From assembly GCA_964564075.1 (NCBI GenBank), contig CAZLZY010000001.1, positions 1-35,493 on the forward strand: 35,493 nucleotides of DNA, in the 5' to 3' direction. Numbering within the stretch: position 1 is the stretch's first letter; each line of letters begins with the position of its first letter. Below, one piece after another: positions 34,665 to 35,493 of the stretch. Origin of the DNA: an uncultured Spirochaetales bacterium (lineage in GTDB: Bacteria; Spirochaetota; Spirochaetia; CAKZLE01). Under the pieces are notes generated by a model. The model was not told where the DNA came from, ran no database searches, and saw only the letters and a list, made by a program, of their open reading frames with translations. A program made the position numbers and the translations under genes.

Positions 34665-35493
34665 CTCTTCTGGCTCTTTTTCTGTACATCATCATCAGAG
34701 ATCAGGGAGTCAACCAAGAACTCCATCCTGTTCGCGACGTTAACCTCACTCATACCTGAATCCATATCTAGGAAGAGAAGATTCAATTGTGGATAAAGTG
34801 TGCGAATCCTCTTCTCTACACCCTTAGCGATGACATGGTTAGCAATACAACCAAAAGGCTGAAGACATACGATAGTATTGACTCCCTCCTCTGCGAAGGT
34901 CACCACATCACCGGAAAGAAGCCAGGTCTCACCGAACTGATTGATCAGGTCGATGATACTCTCTGCCCGGTGAGCCATCTTCTTGATGGAGTGGAATGGT
35001 GTCAACTCCCCATCAAACTGTTTCAGTATATTATTCGCCCTACCAAAGAATCTATCAATGTACCCTTCTGCTCGAGAAAGTAGATGTATGATGAAATGTT
35101 TAACCTCTTCGATGTTGTTCTTCGCATTGTACTGAGTCGAGATCAGAGGTACCAGGAAGAAGTCAATAAGAGGCGGTACTTCCGGTTGAATCCCCTTAGC
35201 GATCAGCCAGTCTGTCGTGTAGAGATTCCCGAAGGGATTGAACTTCACATAGATCTCACCAACGATCCCGACCTTCGGTACATCAGGTCGATCATGCATA
35301 GGAAGTCTGTTGAAATCCTGGACGGCTTCTTCAAGGAGTCTGAACATCTTCTTCTGTGATTTGTGATTGATGATCCGCTTACCTCTATCGAGATAGGTGT
35401 TCACCAACTTCATGGCAGACCCCTTCTCGACCTCTCTTACAGCTGCATAATAGTAGAGCTTCGCAAGAACATCTCCATAGACCATCCCATACA
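34661..35493 (-). CDS. Acyl-CoA dehydratase activase-related protein, C-terminal (DUF2229-like) part; the gene continues beyond the window
   Basis: The frame is open to the right edge. Motifs PKVGIVGEIYVKFNPFGN and CLQPFGCIANHVIAKG...LFLDMDSGMSEVNVANR are as I recall from the C-terminal domain of BcrAD/BadFG-type 'CoA-substrate-specific enzyme activase' proteins. The stop codon overlaps the stop of the KamA-like gene (CTAG). Confidence 0.6.
   Translation of the reverse strand, partial: YGMVYGDVLAKLYYYAAVREVEKGSAMKLVNTYLDRGKRIINHKSQKKMFRLLEEAVQDFNRLPMHDRPDVPKVGIVGEIYVKFNPFGNLYTTDWLIAKGIQPEVPPLIDFFLVPLISTQYNAKNNIEEVKHFIIHLLSRAEGYIDRFFGRANNILKQFDGELTPFHSIKKMAHRAESIIDLINQFGETWLLSGDVVTFAEEGVNTIVCLQPFGCIANHVIAKGVEKRIRTLYPQLNLLFLDMDSGMSEVNVANRMEFLVDSLISDDDVQKKSQKS

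Overview
35.5-kb chromosomal window, roughly 45% G+C by eye and rich in GATC, made up mostly of housekeeping genes. A spirochaete-like anaerobe is a plausible source: the PurE is class II (animal / Treponema denticola type), the EF-G paralogue is of the mitochondrial/spirochaete type, and the lipoboxes are relaxed. This taxonomic call is inference only.

Layout, left to right:
- A decayed accessory patch holding a Fic protein, a frameshifted secreted ankyrin protein, and an IS66-Orf1-like fossil with its own terminator.
- lplA, a duplicated Cys3His protein, an orphan family-5 ABC binding protein, and malQ.
- carD-ispD-ispF.
- A fusA paralogue followed by a KaiC-like ATPase.
- A HIT protein, then a GH13 glycosidase relic next to its LacI-type regulator.
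- A zinc-ribbon protein, bcp and a lipoprotein.
- pheST.
- An Atl-type (Cys to Trp) alkyltransferase-like protein.
- A tightly packed 11-kb purine operon, purL-purM-purQ(S,S)-purC-purE-purF-purD-purN-purH.
- A long-form KamA-family radical SAM enzyme, convergent with a partial acyl-CoA dehydratase activase-related gene.

No rRNA, tRNA, CRISPR array or intact mobile element was seen.

The most interesting signal is non-coding. Upstream of pheS lies a near-consensus promoter, then a 20-codon leader ORF with 7 Phe codons, then mutually exclusive antiterminator and terminator hairpins. This is a pheM-like translational attenuator, and it sits on a pheST pair that also looks compositionally foreign.

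Other points worth a second look:
- A PurQ-PurS-PurS fusion.
- A class II PurE with no purK in the cluster.
- A strong orphan terminator in the long pur leader.
- A promoter, palindrome, 14-bp tandem repeats and a hairpin ahead of the KamA-like gene.
- Several apparently leaderless promoters.

All motif calls come from reading the translations and from memory. No database search was run.
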